From: Azolla caroliniana
Lineage: Eukaryota; Plantae; Polypodiophyta
Length of the DNA stretch: 64,000 nucleotides
Reading direction: 5' to 3'
Assembly: GCA_043228905.1 (NCBI GenBank)
Contig: JBHGNT010000017.1
Location: 62,001 to 126,000, forward strand
The position numbers and the translations under genes were made by a program. The stretch's first letter is position 1, and every line of letters begins with the position of its first letter. A model generated the notes under the pieces. That model had not been told where the DNA came from and did no database searches. It saw only the letters and a program-made list of their open reading frames with translations. Shown piece after piece: positions 51,966 through 64,000 of the stretch.

Positions 51966-54900
51966 GTATGAACATTTTCATTTACTCACACATTTTTGTC
52001 TACGACCTCCTCAACTTTCCTTTTTTCTTCATCTCTCTAGACCTTATTTTTAAAATCATGATTTCCTAATTCCATATCATAGCTAGCGTTGTTAGCTTTG
52101 ATTCGCACGTTTGAACACGAAAATCAGATATGACATTAGCCAGGTTTGAACATTTTTATTTCCTTACACGTTCTTGTCAACGACCTCCTCGACTTTGGTT
52201 TTTTCTTTATGTCTCTCGACCTTAGTTTCAATTTCTTAGTGTTGTTAGCTTCCATTCGCACATTTGAACACAAAAATCCGATATCACACGAGCCAGGTAT
52301 GAAGATTTTCATTTACTCAAGCGCTCTTGTCTACGCTGTCCTCAACTTTGCTTTTTCCTTTATCTCTCTCGACCTTCGTTTCAAAATCATGATTTTGCAA
52401 TTTCATATCAAAGCTGGCATTGTTAGTGTCGATTCGCATGTTTGAACACAAAAATACAATTTGACACTAGCCAGGTATGAACATTTTCATTTACTCACAT
52501 GTTCTTGTCTACGACCTCCTCAACTTTGCTTTTTTCTTCATGTCTTTCGATCTGCATTTCACAATCATAATTTTTCAATTCGTATGTTTGAACGCAAAAA
52601 TCCGATATCACACAAGCCAGGTATGAACATTTTCATTTACTCACACATTCTTGTTTACGACCTCCTCAATGTTGCTTTTTTCTTCATGTCTCTCCACCTG
52701 CGGTTCACAATCATGGTTTTTCAATTCTATATCATAGCTAGTGTTGTTATCTTCAATTCGCATGTTTGAACGCAAAAATCTGATATCACACGAACTATGT
52801 ATGACCATTTTCATTTCGTCACATGTTCTTGTCTACGACCTCCTTCACTTTGCTTTTTTCTTCACGTCTCTCAACCTGTATTTCAAAATAATGAATTTTC
52901 AATCCCATATCATAGCTAGCGTTGGGTGCTTCAATTCGCACGATTTAACACAAAACTCCGATATGACACGAGCCAGTTATGAACATTTTCATTTACTCAC
53001 ACGTTCTTGTCTACGACCTCCTCAACATTGCTTTTTTCTTCATCCCTCTAGACCTTATTTTCAAACTCACAAATTTTGAATTCCATATCATAGCTAGCGT
53101 TGTTAGCTTCAATTCAGATGTCTAAACAAAGAAATCCGATCTGGCACGAGCCCAGTATGAACATTTTCATTTACTCACACGTTCTTGTCTACAACCATCT
53201 CAAATTTGCTTTTCACTTCATGTCTCTCAACCTAAGTTTCAAAATCATGATTTTTTATTTCCCAATCATAACTAGCGTTGTTAGCTTCGATTCACATGTT
53301 TGAACACAAAAATCCGATATCACACGACTTAGGTATGAACATTTTCATTTACTCAAGAGCTCTTGTCTAAGCCCTTCTTAAATTTTTTTTTCTTCATGTC
53401 TCTCGACGTAAGTTTCAAACTCATGGTTCTTTCATTCCCTATCATAACTAGCGTTGTTAGCTTCAATTCGCATGTTTGAACACAAAAATCCGATGTCATA
53501 CGAGCCAAGTATGAACATTTCCATTTACTCACACGTTCTTATCTACTTAAACCCTCAACTTTTCTTTTTACTTTCTATCTCTTGACCTATCTTTCAAAAT
53601 CATGAAATTTGAATTCCATATCATAGGTAGCATTGTTAGCTTCCATTCGCATGTTTGAACACAAAAATCCGATATGACACGAGCCAGGTATGAACATTTT
53701 CATTTACTCAAGCGCTCTTGTCTACACCCTCCTCAACTTTGTTTTTTTGTTCATGTCTCACGACCTAAGTTTCAAAATCATGATTTTTGTATTCCATATC
53801 ATAGCTAGCGTTATTGGCTTCAATTCGCACGTTTGACCACAAAAATCCGATATGAAACTAACCAGGTTGAACATTTTCAGTTGCTCCTACATTGTTGTCT
53901 ATGACCTCCTCAACTTTGCTTTTAACTTCATGTCTCTCGACCTGAGTTTCAAAATCATGATTTTTTAATTCTATATCATAGCTAGCGTTGTTAGCTTCGA
54001 TTCTCATGTTTGAACATAAAAATACGATATGAGACGAGCCAGGTATGAACATTTCAATTTACTCACGCGTTATTATCTACGTAAACCCTCAACTTTGCTT
54101 TTTACTTTATGTCTCCCGACCTTAGTTTCAAAATCATGATTTTTGAATTCCATATCATAACTAGCGTTGTTAGCTTCAATTCGCATGTTTGAACGCAAAA
54201 ATCCGATATCATAGAGCTAGGTATCAACATTTTCATTTACTCACGCACTCTTGTGTACGACCTGCACGACTTTGCTTTTTACTTTATGTCTCTCAACGTG
54301 CTTCTCAAAATCATGATTTTTCATTTCTAAATCATAGCTAGCATTGTTTGCTTCGATTCGCATGTTTGAACATAAAAATTCGATATCACACGAGCTAGGT
54401 ATGAACATTTACATTTACTCACGCGTTGTTGTCTACTTAAACCCTCAACTTTTATTTTTACTTTATTTCTCTTGTGTACGCCCTCTTCAACTTTGCTTTT
54501 TTCTTCATGTCTCTCGAGCTTAGTTTAAAATCATGATTTTTGAATTCAATATCATACCTAATGTTATTAGCTTCCATTCGCACATTTGAGCACAAAAATT
54601 TGATATCACACGAGCCAGGTATGAACATTTTCATTTACTGAAGTGCTCTTGTCTACGATGTCCTCAACTTTGCTTGTTTCTTCATGTCTCTTGACCTTTG
54701 TGTCAAAATCATGATTTCTCAATTCTATATCATAGCTAGCTTTGTTTGCCTCGAGTCGCATGTTTGAACACAAAAATCCGATATGACACGAGCTAGGTAT
54801 GAACATTTTCATTTACTCACGCGATCTCGTCTACGCCTTCCTAATGTGTGGCACAACATTGCTATTCTCTTCATGTCTCTCGCCTTGAGTTTCGAAGTTC

Positions 54901-56735
54901 ATATTATAGAGTGCATTGTTAGCTTCGATTTGCATGGTTGAACAATAAAATCTGATATCACACGAGCCAGGTATGAACATTTTCATCTACTGAAGCGCTC
55001 TTGTCTACACCCTCGTCAACTTTGCTTTTTTCTTCTTTTCTATCGACCTGAGTTTCAAAAGCATGATTTTTCAATTTTATATCATCGCTAGCTTCGTTAC
55101 CTTCGATTCACATGTTTGAACAGAAAAAAGCTATGAAATTTTTGGTTTACTGAAGCGCTATGAAATTATGATTTTTCACTTCCAATATTATAGAGTCCAT
55201 GGTTACCTTCGAGTCGTATGTTTGAACACAGAAAGCCAATATCATAAGCGCTCTAGTCTACTCCCTCCTCAACTTTGCTTTTTTCTTCAGGTCTATCGAC
55301 CTGAGTTTCAAAATCATAATTTTGGAAGTTCATATTATAGAGTTCGTTAGCTTTGATTTGCAGCTTTGAACATAAAAATCAAATATCACACGTGCTCTCT
55401 ATGAACAGTTTCATTTACTCACGCGCTCTTGTGTATGCCTTCGTCATGTGTGGCACAATTCGGCTTTTTTCTTTGCGTCTCTCGCCCAGACTTTCAAAAC
55501 CGTGATTTTTCACTTTCATATCATAGATTGCTTCTTTAGTTTCGATTGGCTTGAACACCAAAATCCGATATCACACGAGACCGCTCTGAACATTTTCATT
55601 TACTCACGTGCTCTTGTTTACGCCTTCCTCATGTGTGGCACAACTTTGCTATTCTCTTCATGTCTCTCGCCCTGAGTTTACAAATCATGATTTTCCAATT
55701 CATAAGTCATAGATTTCTTTGGTAGCTTTGATTCGCATGTTTGAACACAAAAATCCGATATCATACGAGCCAGCTATGAACATTTTCATTTACTCATGCG
55801 CGCTTGTTTACCCCTCCTCAAGTGTGGCACAATGGTGCTTTTTTCTTTATGTCTCTCATCCTAAGTTTTCAAAGCATGATTTTCTAATTCCATATCATAG
55901 ATTGCTTCGTTAGCTTCGATTCGCATGTTTGAACTAGGAAATCCGATATCACTCTAGCCAGCTATGAACTTCTTCATTTACTCACGCGTTGTTCTGTGTG
56001 CCTTCCTTACTTGTGGTAGAACTTTTCTTTTTTCTTCATATGTCGCACCCTAACATTCAAAATGAGGAATTTTCAAATCGATATTATAGCTAGCTTTGTT
56101 ATCTTGGATTCACATGTTTGAACAAGAAAATCCAATATCACACGAGCCAGCTATGAACATTTTGACTTACGCACGCGCTCTTGTCTACACCCTCCTCAAG
56201 TGCGGCACCACTTTGCTTTTTTCTTCATGTCTCTCTCTCTGAGATTCAAAATCATGATTTTTCAATTCCATATTATAGAGTGTGTCGTTAGCTTCGATTC
56301 CCATGTTTGAACACAAAAATCTGATATCACACGAGCCAGGTATGAACATTTTCATTTACTCAAGTGTTCTTGTCTACGTCCTTCTCAACTTTTGTTTTTT
56401 CTTCATGTCTCTCGACTCGAGTTTCAAAATCATGATTTTTCAATTCTAAATCGTAGCTAGGTTTGTTAGCTTCGATTCACATCTCTGAACACAAAAATCC
56501 GATATCACTCGAGCCAACTATGAACTTTTTCATTTACTCACGCGCTCTTAACTACGCCCTCCTGAAGTGTGGCACAACTTTGCTTTTGTCTTCATGTCTC
56601 TCGCCCTGAGTTTCAGAATCACGTTTTCATCATTCCATATCATACACTGCTTCATTTGCTTCGATTTGCATTTTTGAACACAAAAATCCAATATCACACG
56701 AGCCAGGTATGAACATTTTCATTTACTCACGCGCT
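51966..56735. repeat. Diverged satellite zone: 178-bp monomers, mixed with 189-bp monomers from ~54800
   Basis: Variant consensus attttcatttactcac...gtctacgacctcctcaactttgcttttt; periods 189 (56113->56302) and 178 (56302->56480) are adjacent; no obvious HORs. Confidence 0.92.
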
Positions 56736-59700
56736 GAATTCAACATTTGAACTCTAAAATTCAATATCATATCAGGATGATATGAGCGTTGTTATTCATG
56801 TGGGTGCTTTTCTTTGCCCCTGCATTTCATCTACCAACACGTTTCCTTTTCCTTCATGTGTCTTGTCCTTAATTTCAAAAGTAAGATTTTATGCGCTCAT
56901 ATCAAATCCTACTTCGTTGGCTTCGATTCAACTATTTGAACTCTGAATTCCAATATCATATGAGGACGCTATGAGCTTTTTGATTCATGTGGACGCTCTA
57001 TTTTGCCCCTGCATGACTTCTACCACAACTTTACATTCTCCCTCATGTCTTCTAGCCTAAATTTAAGAACTTAGATTTTATTAGGTCATATGAATGCCTA
57101 CTTCATTGGCTTCGATTCAAATATTTGAACTTGGAAATCCGATATCATATAAGGACGTTATGTGCTTTTTTATTCGTGTGGGCGCTCTTGTTTGCCAATG
57201 CCTAACTTCTGCAACAACTTTACTTTTTCCTGCATGTCTCTTGGCCAAAATTTCAAAAGTTAGATTTTATTAAGTCATATCATAGCCCACTTTGTTGGCT
57301 TCAATTCAACTATTTGAACTCACAAATCCGATATCATATGAGGATGTTATGAGCTTTTTTATTCATGTGGGCTCTCTCATTTTCCCTTGCATGACCTATA
57401 CCAAAACGTTATTTTTTCCTTCATGTCTCTATTACTTAATTTCAAAACTTAGATTTTATTAGGTCATATTATAACCTGCTTCATTGGCTTTGATTCAACT
57501 ATTTGAACTCGTAAATCCGATATCATATGAAGAGGGTGCTCTTGTTTTCCTCTCCATGACCTCTACCAGAACATTATTTTTTCCTTCATCTCTCTTGTAC
57601 TAAATTTCAAAACTTATATTTTATTAGGTCATAATATAACCTACTTCGTTGGCTTTGATTGCACTTTTTGAACTTTGAAATCCGATATCATATGAGCACG
57701 CTATGAGCTTTTTTATTCATGTTTGCCCCTGCATGTCTTCTACCAAAACGTTACATTTTCCCTGCATGCGTCATGGCGTGAATTACAAAGTTATATTTTA
57801 TTAGCTCATATTAAGACCTATTTCGTTGGCTTCTAGTGGAACTTGGTAATTTGATGTCATATGAGGACGCTATGAGCGCTCTTGTTTGCCCGTACTTGAC
57901 TTCTACCACAACTTTACTTTTTCCTTCGTGTCTCTTGTGCTGAATTTCAAAAGCTAGATTTTATTAGGTCATATCCTACTTCCTTAGCTTCGATTCAACT
58001 ATTTGAAATCTGAAATCCGATATCATATGAGGACGCTATGAGCTTTTTGATTTATGTGGGCGCTCTATTTTGCCCCTGGATGTCTTCTACCACAACTTTA
58101 CTTTTTACTTCATGTCTCTTGTACTAAATTTGAAAACATAGATTTTTTTAGGGTATAGTATAACCTACTTCATTCGCTTCACTTCAACTATTTGAACTCT
58201 ATAATCCGATATCATATCAGGATGACATGAGCATTGTTATTCATGTGGGCGCTCTTTTTTGGCCCTGCATGTCTTCTACCACAACGTTTCAACTATTTGA
58301 ACTCGGAAATCCGATATCATATGAGGACACTATGAGCTTTTTTATTCATGTGGGTGCTCTTGTTTGCCCTTGCATGTCTTCTACCACAACTTTACATTTT
58401 CATTCATGTCTCATAGCCTACTTCGTTGGCTTCGATTCAACTATTTCAACTTGGAAAACTGATATTATATGAGGACGCTATGAGCTTTTTTATACATGTG
58501 GGCGCTCTTATTTGCTCGTGCCTAACTTCTACCACGACTTACTTTTTCTGTCATGTATCTTGGCCAGATTTTAAACTTTGGATTTTATTAGCTCATATCA
58601 AAGCCTCGTTTGTTGCCTTCGATTCAACTATTTGAACTCTAAAATCTGATATCATATGAGGCTGATATGAGCGTTTTTATTCATGTGGGCGCTCTTGTTT
58701 GGCCATGCATGTCTTCTACCACAACGTTACATTTTCCCTCATGTGTCTTGTCCTTAATTTCAAAAGTAAGATTTTATTAGCTCATATCAAATCCCACTTC
58801 GTTGGCTTCGATTCAACTATTTGAACTCGGATATCCGATATCATATGAGGACGCTATGAGCTTTTTTATTCATGTGGGCACTCTTGTTTGCCCGTGTCTA
58901 ACTTCTACCACAACTTTACATTTTCCCTGCATGTCTCATTGCGTGAATTACAAAGTTAGATTTTATTAGCTCATATTAAAACCTATTTCGTTGTCCTGGA
59001 TTGAACTATTTGAACTTGGAAATCTGATATCATGTGAGGACGCGATGAGCTTTTAAATTCATGTGGGCTCTCTTGTTTTCCCCTGCATGACTTCTACCAC
59101 ATCTATACTTTTCTCTTCATGTATATTTCCTTGAATTTTAAAACTTAGATTTTATTTGGTCATATTATAACTTACTTCGTTGGCTTTTATTCAACTATTT
59201 GAACTCTAAAATCTGATGTCATATGAGGACGGTATGAGTTGTTTTATTCATGTGGGCGCTCTCGTTTGCCCCTGCATGTCTTCTACCACAAGTTTACATT
59301 TTCCTTCATGTCTCATGGTGTGAATTTCAAAGGTTAGATTTTATTATCTCATCTCATAGCCTACTTCGTTGGCTTCGATTCAACTATTTGAACTCGGATA
59401 TCTGATAGCATATGAGGACGCTATCAGCTTTTTTATTCATGTGGGTGCTCTTGTTTGCCCTTGCATGTCTTATACCACAACTTTACATTTTCCTTCATGT
59501 CTCTTGGCTTGAATTTCAAAGTTAGATTTCTTTAGATCATACCAAAACCTATTTCGTGGGCTTCGATTGAACTATTTGAACTAGGAAATCTGATATCATA
59601 TGAGGACGCTATGAGCTTTTTTCTACATGTGGGCTGTCTTGTTTTCCCCTGCATGTCTTCTACCACAACTTTACTTTTCTCTTCATGTATATTGGCCTGA

Positions 59701-61100
59701 AATTCAAAACTTATATTTTATTATGTCATATTATAACCTGCCTCGTTTGCTTTGATTCAACTATTTCAACTCTGAAATCCAATATCATATGAGGATGCTA
59801 TGAGCTTTTTTATTCATGATTGCGCTCTCGTTTGCCCCTCCATGTCGTCTACCACAACTTTACATTTTCCTTCATGTCTCATTGTGTGAATTTGAAACTT
59901 TTGATTTTATTAGCTCATCCCATAGCCTACTTTGTTGGCTTCAATTCAACTATTTGAACTCTGAAATTCGATATCATATAAGGACGCTATGCCCTTTTTT
60001 ATTTATGTCGGCGCACTTCTTTTCCCCTGCATGACTTCTGCCACAATTTTACATTTTCCTTTATGTCTCTTGTCTTGAATTTCAAATGTTATATTTTATT
60101 AGGTCATATCTTAACATACTTCGTTGTCTTCAATTCAATTATTTGAACTCTAAAATCTGATATCATATGAGGACGCTATGATCTTTTTGATTCATCTGGG
60201 TGGTCTATTTAGCCCTTGCAAAACTTCTACCACAACTTTACTTTTGGCTTCATGTCTCATGGCATGAATTTCAAAAGTTAGATTTTATTAGGTCATATCG
60301 TAGCCTACTTTGTTGGCTTCGAATCATCTATTTGAACTCGAAAATCGGATATCATATGAGGACAGTATGAGCTTTTTGATTCATGTGCACGGTCGTGTTT
60401 TCCCCTGCATGACTTCTACCACAACTTTACTTTTTTCTTCATGTATATTGGCTTGAATTTCAAAACATAGATTTTATTAGATCATATCATAACCTACTTT
60501 GATTGCTTTGATTCAACTATATGAACTCTGAAATCCGATATTATATGAGGACACTATGAGCTTTTTTATTCATGTGGGCACTCTTGTTTGCCCCTACATG
60601 ACTTCTACCACAACTTTACTTTTTCATTCATGTCTCTTGTCCTGAATTTCAAAACATAGATTTTATTAGCTCAAATCAAATCCTAGTTCGTTGGCTTCGA
60701 TTCAACTATTTGAACTTGGAAATCCGATATTATATGAGGACGCTATGAGCTTTTTTATTCATGTGGGCGCTTTGGTTTGCCCATGCATGACTTCTACCAC
60801 AACTTTATTTTTTCCTTCATGTCTCTTGTACTAAATATCAAAATATAGATTTTATTAGGTCCTATTATAACATACTTCGTTGGCTTTTATTCAACTATTT
60901 GAACTTTGAAATCTGATATCATATGATGACGGTATGAGTTGTTTTATTCATGTGGGCACTCTGTTTGCCCCTGCATGTCTTCTACCACAACATTACATTT
61001 TCCTTCATGTCTCATCGCGTGAATTTCAAACCTTAGATTTTATTAGCTCATAACAAAGCCTACTTCATTGGCTTCGATTCAACTATTTGAGCTCGGAAAG
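56736..61100. repeat. 189-bp tandem satellite, homologous to the 178-bp family, highly diverged monomers
   Basis: Period 189 (58625, 58814, 59003, 59192); consensus ttcaactatttgaactcggaaatccgatatcatatgaggacgctatgagcttttttattcatgtgggcgctcttg... is colinear with the 178-mer. Confidence 0.93.
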
Positions 61101-62459
61101 GCCAACTATTTGCTTGCTTCTTCTTCAACAGAGTATTGTAGCATTGCTTTTGCCACAATGTGGAATCATGTGCACCAATCAAGTTGTTTGATGTGCACGA
61201 GATCGTCGCTACCACTGCATTGAACCAATATTTTTAATCCAAAGAAAAAGACTAAAGAATTCAACAAATACTAGTACTATTATTGGTAAAAAAAAATACC
61301 ATGTAATAATAAATAGTAGCACTAAAGCAAAACATTTTAAATCTGCAAATTGATTTTCAGAAGCCACAAATTATTAGTATAGTTCATGCTACATGAACTA
61401 TTCTATATCAGTTACATGAAAAGTCCCAAATTCTAGCTGGAATTTCTGTTGTACATGCACCTATGGGCATCCAATTTTACATTCATAGTCCAAAAATCCC
61501 AAACTGTTTGCGCTTAAAGCATCAACCATACAGATTTTGCATTTTCATTAATATGCCTTGAATATACTTATCGCTTCAAATTTTAAGCGTCATTTTTCCT
61601 AATGATGTGTGTTTAAATTGCATCAAATTAAACTTGTATGTATATAAAATGACCAATTGGCGCATAAGTGTTTCCTAAACAAACAAAAAGGCACATTTGC
61701 ATGGGGTCCAATGTGGATCAATGTTGAGAAATTCACTGAATCTCAGCCCAATTTTTGCATGTACATGAAAAGCTCGAGAAGCAAAATTTTGTAAACGTTT
61801 TGCAATTTCCAAGTCAAATGTCACTAATGTTTCTTGATCACATCGACTCCAACAAAATCCTCAAAACTTCTTTATGCCCAAAAACATTAATCTTGTTTAG
61901 AGATTTTTTGAATCTCAAGGTTATTGAACACCGAGCTAAACAATGAACGTCAAAATAATGTAAATATACATGGTGTGCAGTTTCTCATCGAACTACTTTT
62001 TATAATTATTCAACATCTTTGGATCAAGACCAAGAGTCTAAAATTAAGTGACATTTGCATATACTCACAACATACAAGGGCACAAGCATGAAGGTGAGCA
62101 TAAGATATAGGCATCTTATATGATGTGAAGAGGATGCAAAAGTGAAGGGGCTCTAATAATCTCCATTATGGTCGGGCTGACGTCCCTTCAATTTAGTAAA
62201 GGCATTTGATTTGTATAACCAATATGCATAAAAAAGTATTAGAAATGAATTGTGCTATGTCTACAAATTGAATTCCTATTATGGTATACCAAGGACGTCT
62301 TCATAGTCCCAGTCTCTAGATATAACGAAAATATGTATATATTGAGATGCTCTATTGACTTATGGAGATCATACGCATGCTTAAAAGGAAAGAACAACTT
62401 GACAAAGAGGGAGCAAAAATGTTTCGCTTATGTTATAAATTTTCTAGACTATTTTACAT

Positions 62460-62593
62460 TTAACTGCATTTGGGTAGATCATGTGGTGGAGATGGAAGTA
62501 TCGCTTCCTTGTTCTGTCCATTTAAAACAATAAATGCCATGGACATTCCCCATGATTGGTGGATATCAAGATGACAATGAAGAAACCATACAC
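62460..62593 (-). CDS. LAC: Laccase (multicopper oxidase), last exon
   Basis: TAG acceptor at 62594; (G)VWFLHCHLDIHQSWGMSMAFIVLNGQNKEAILPSPPHDLPKCS*: L4 copper motif and typical plant laccase C-terminus. Confidence 0.92.
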
Positions 62594-62748
62594 CTACAAA
62601 AAACAATTCAAAGAAAAATGATGTTCAGGAGCCGATATGCATATTAAACTCCCTCGCAATCACAAGAGTATGTTGACTTTGGATATCAAATGAACTATTT
62701 GATTTCTCAAAATATTACCCACATGCGCAAGATAAATCAATTCTATAC

Positions 62749-63109
62749 CTGGGTTTAACGTCCTAAAACGAATTGCTGCCCAACCGCCTGAAGGCACAAC
62801 CACTGTGTTTCGTGAGATGGGATTTCGAAGATTGAAGTCGATGGGATCCTTGAAAGGGTTGAAATTTCCCAAGCCCATTCCCACCACCCAAAAATTTTGC
62901 CCATGCAAATGCAAGGGATGTCCTTCTTGAAAAAGTGTCTTTGTGTTTTGGAACACCACTTGTACTGTACAATTGAATGGAAGGACTCGTACTCTTGTAC
63001 CAAATGATGTTTGTATGTTCCTTGGCATTTCTCCAGTGAAGTTATACTTCATCGGTGGGAAGTCAGGAAAGTCGGTTTCATATACTCCCTTCACGTTGTA
63101 ATAGTATGC
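62749..63109 (-). CDS. LAC: Laccase, penultimate exon
   Basis: AYYYNVKGVYETDFP...HPLHLHGQNFWVVGMGLGNF...RNTVVVPSGGWAAIRFRTLNP(G); AG acceptor at 63110, GT donor at 62748; phases match neighbouring exons. Confidence 0.92.
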
Positions 63110-63201
63110 CTTCAACGTAACACTTTTGTTAGCTATTCTCAGTTTAAGAGGTTCATGCAATATATCATATATTCTACTACCAGGGCCTTGGAGAAGATTG
63201 G

Positions 63202-63229
63202 TTTAGGGTTTAGGGTGTTTAGGGTTTAG
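63202..63229 (+). repeat. Short interstitial telomere-like (TTTAGGG)n tract in a laccase intron
   Basis: tttagggtttagggtgtttagggtttag. Confidence 0.8.
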
Positions 63230-63319
63230 CTAATGTGCTGACATATCTATATATATTGGCTCATATATAAGTCTAAGGCTATGTGTAAATAGCAAATCAA
63301 ATGCTCATTAGATTCATTT

Positions 63320-63364
63320 TATTATTATTATTATTATTATTATTAGCGATGAATCATCATCATC
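63320..63364. repeat. Intronic (ATT)8 and (ATC)4 microsatellites
   Basis: Direct reading. Confidence 0.85.
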
Positions 63365-63461
63365 TTCCACATTCTGGCGGGATGGTTAGTAAAAGCTTGA
63401 CAACTCTTTTGTGGAAAGAAAGTAGTAAGAGAGTGTAAGGTGGAGAGGAGAGGATACGTAC

Positions 63462-64000
63462 CTGGAGGAGGGAGATGAAGGAAGGGGGGGGTGTGAAGGA
63501 GTTGTTGTTAAGGAAGGTGGCCATTTTGGCACCGAGGGGTCCGAAGCAAGTGGTGTTGGAGGGGCAGGGGAGGATGCCATAGCCCAACGTGTACAGGAAG
63601 CTCTCCTCCACATCCTCTGGGACATCCATGTAATATGAGGTGCGCCACAGGATATATCGGCTGCGTACGAGCCCCTCGCGATAGAAGCGGTACACAAAGT
63701 CGCTGTCATTGTGGGCTGGGAACAGTGGCATGGGCAGCAACACATGATGTTGACGTGCCATGCCTTCACTTCCGTTATACCACTGCATCACTGGCCGCCT
63801 CTCCCAGCCTTCTCCACCATAATGGGACATATTATTCAACTGCATCAGAACATAAATTGGTGTCAGCCTATCCTCCTCCTCCCTCATCTTGGAAGCCTTC
63901 GCTTCTGCCACAGGGATGCTGATGATGTCAGTCATGTTGGTGACGTTAGCCACGGTTGGATTGCTGTGGTTGCTAATAAGTACGGAGTGATCAAGTGCGG
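63462..64000 (-). CDS. LAC: Laccase internal exon; its 5' boundary is uncertain or outside the window
   Basis: ...LPMPLFPAHNDSDFV...VPEDVEESFLYTLGYGILPCP...CFGPLGAKMATFLNNNSF...SLLQ|GTACGT donor at 63461; frame open to the window end. Confidence 0.75.

Noticed and set aside
58797-58813. CENP-B-box-like CTTCGTTGGCTTCGATT in the 189-bp monomer
   Set aside because: Matches the first 9 nt but lacks the essential A and GG core positions; no established CENP-B system in plants
3483-60034. Dozens of short recurring ORFs (MLASIRMFEHK..., MKLRSRDMKKLANL..., MVSITNG...)
   Set aside because: Chance translations of satellite monomers on both strands; stops and indels vary freely and no domain motifs are visible
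61755-62533. Plus-strand ORFs of 63 and 93 aa
   Set aside because: AT-rich intergenic/3' UTR sequence with non-ATG starts; one overlaps the laccase last exon antisense
1-64000. Species assignment (a fern or other seed-free plant seemed possible)
   Set aside because: Only land-plant origin is supportable (laccase, TTTAGGG, iMet-primed copia); a database search is needed

Overview
Land-plant nuclear DNA. The window is dominated by a ~58-kb tandem satellite array with embedded Ty1/copia LTR retrotransposons and ends in the 3' part of a laccase gene. (1) 1-2437: 5' half of copia element A (- strand) with an open gag-PR-IN frame, iMet PBS and 600-bp 5' LTR. (2) 2438-46662: homogeneous 178-bp satellite organised into many local higher-order repeats (2313, 1174, 1923, 1217, 2340, 1719, 650 bp periods). 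It is interrupted at 34988-35567 by a truncated LTR that was copied by a large tandem duplication rather than inserted independently. (3) 46663-51965: full-length but decayed copia element B (- strand, GTATG TSD, one frameshift). (4) 51966-56735: diverged 178-bp monomers grading into mixed 178/189-bp monomers. (5) 56736-61100: a homologous 189-bp satellite. (6) 62460->64000: last three exons of a laccase (- strand). The most notable signals are a spatial 189->178 bp satellite stratigraphy explained by an 11-bp indel, two sister copia elements in the same satellite with a near-identical PR/IN region but a swapped Gag capsid region, and a satellite+LTR segmental duplication that can be dated relative to the insertion. 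Species and centromeric function cannot be established from sequence alone. All counts and percent identities are manual estimates.
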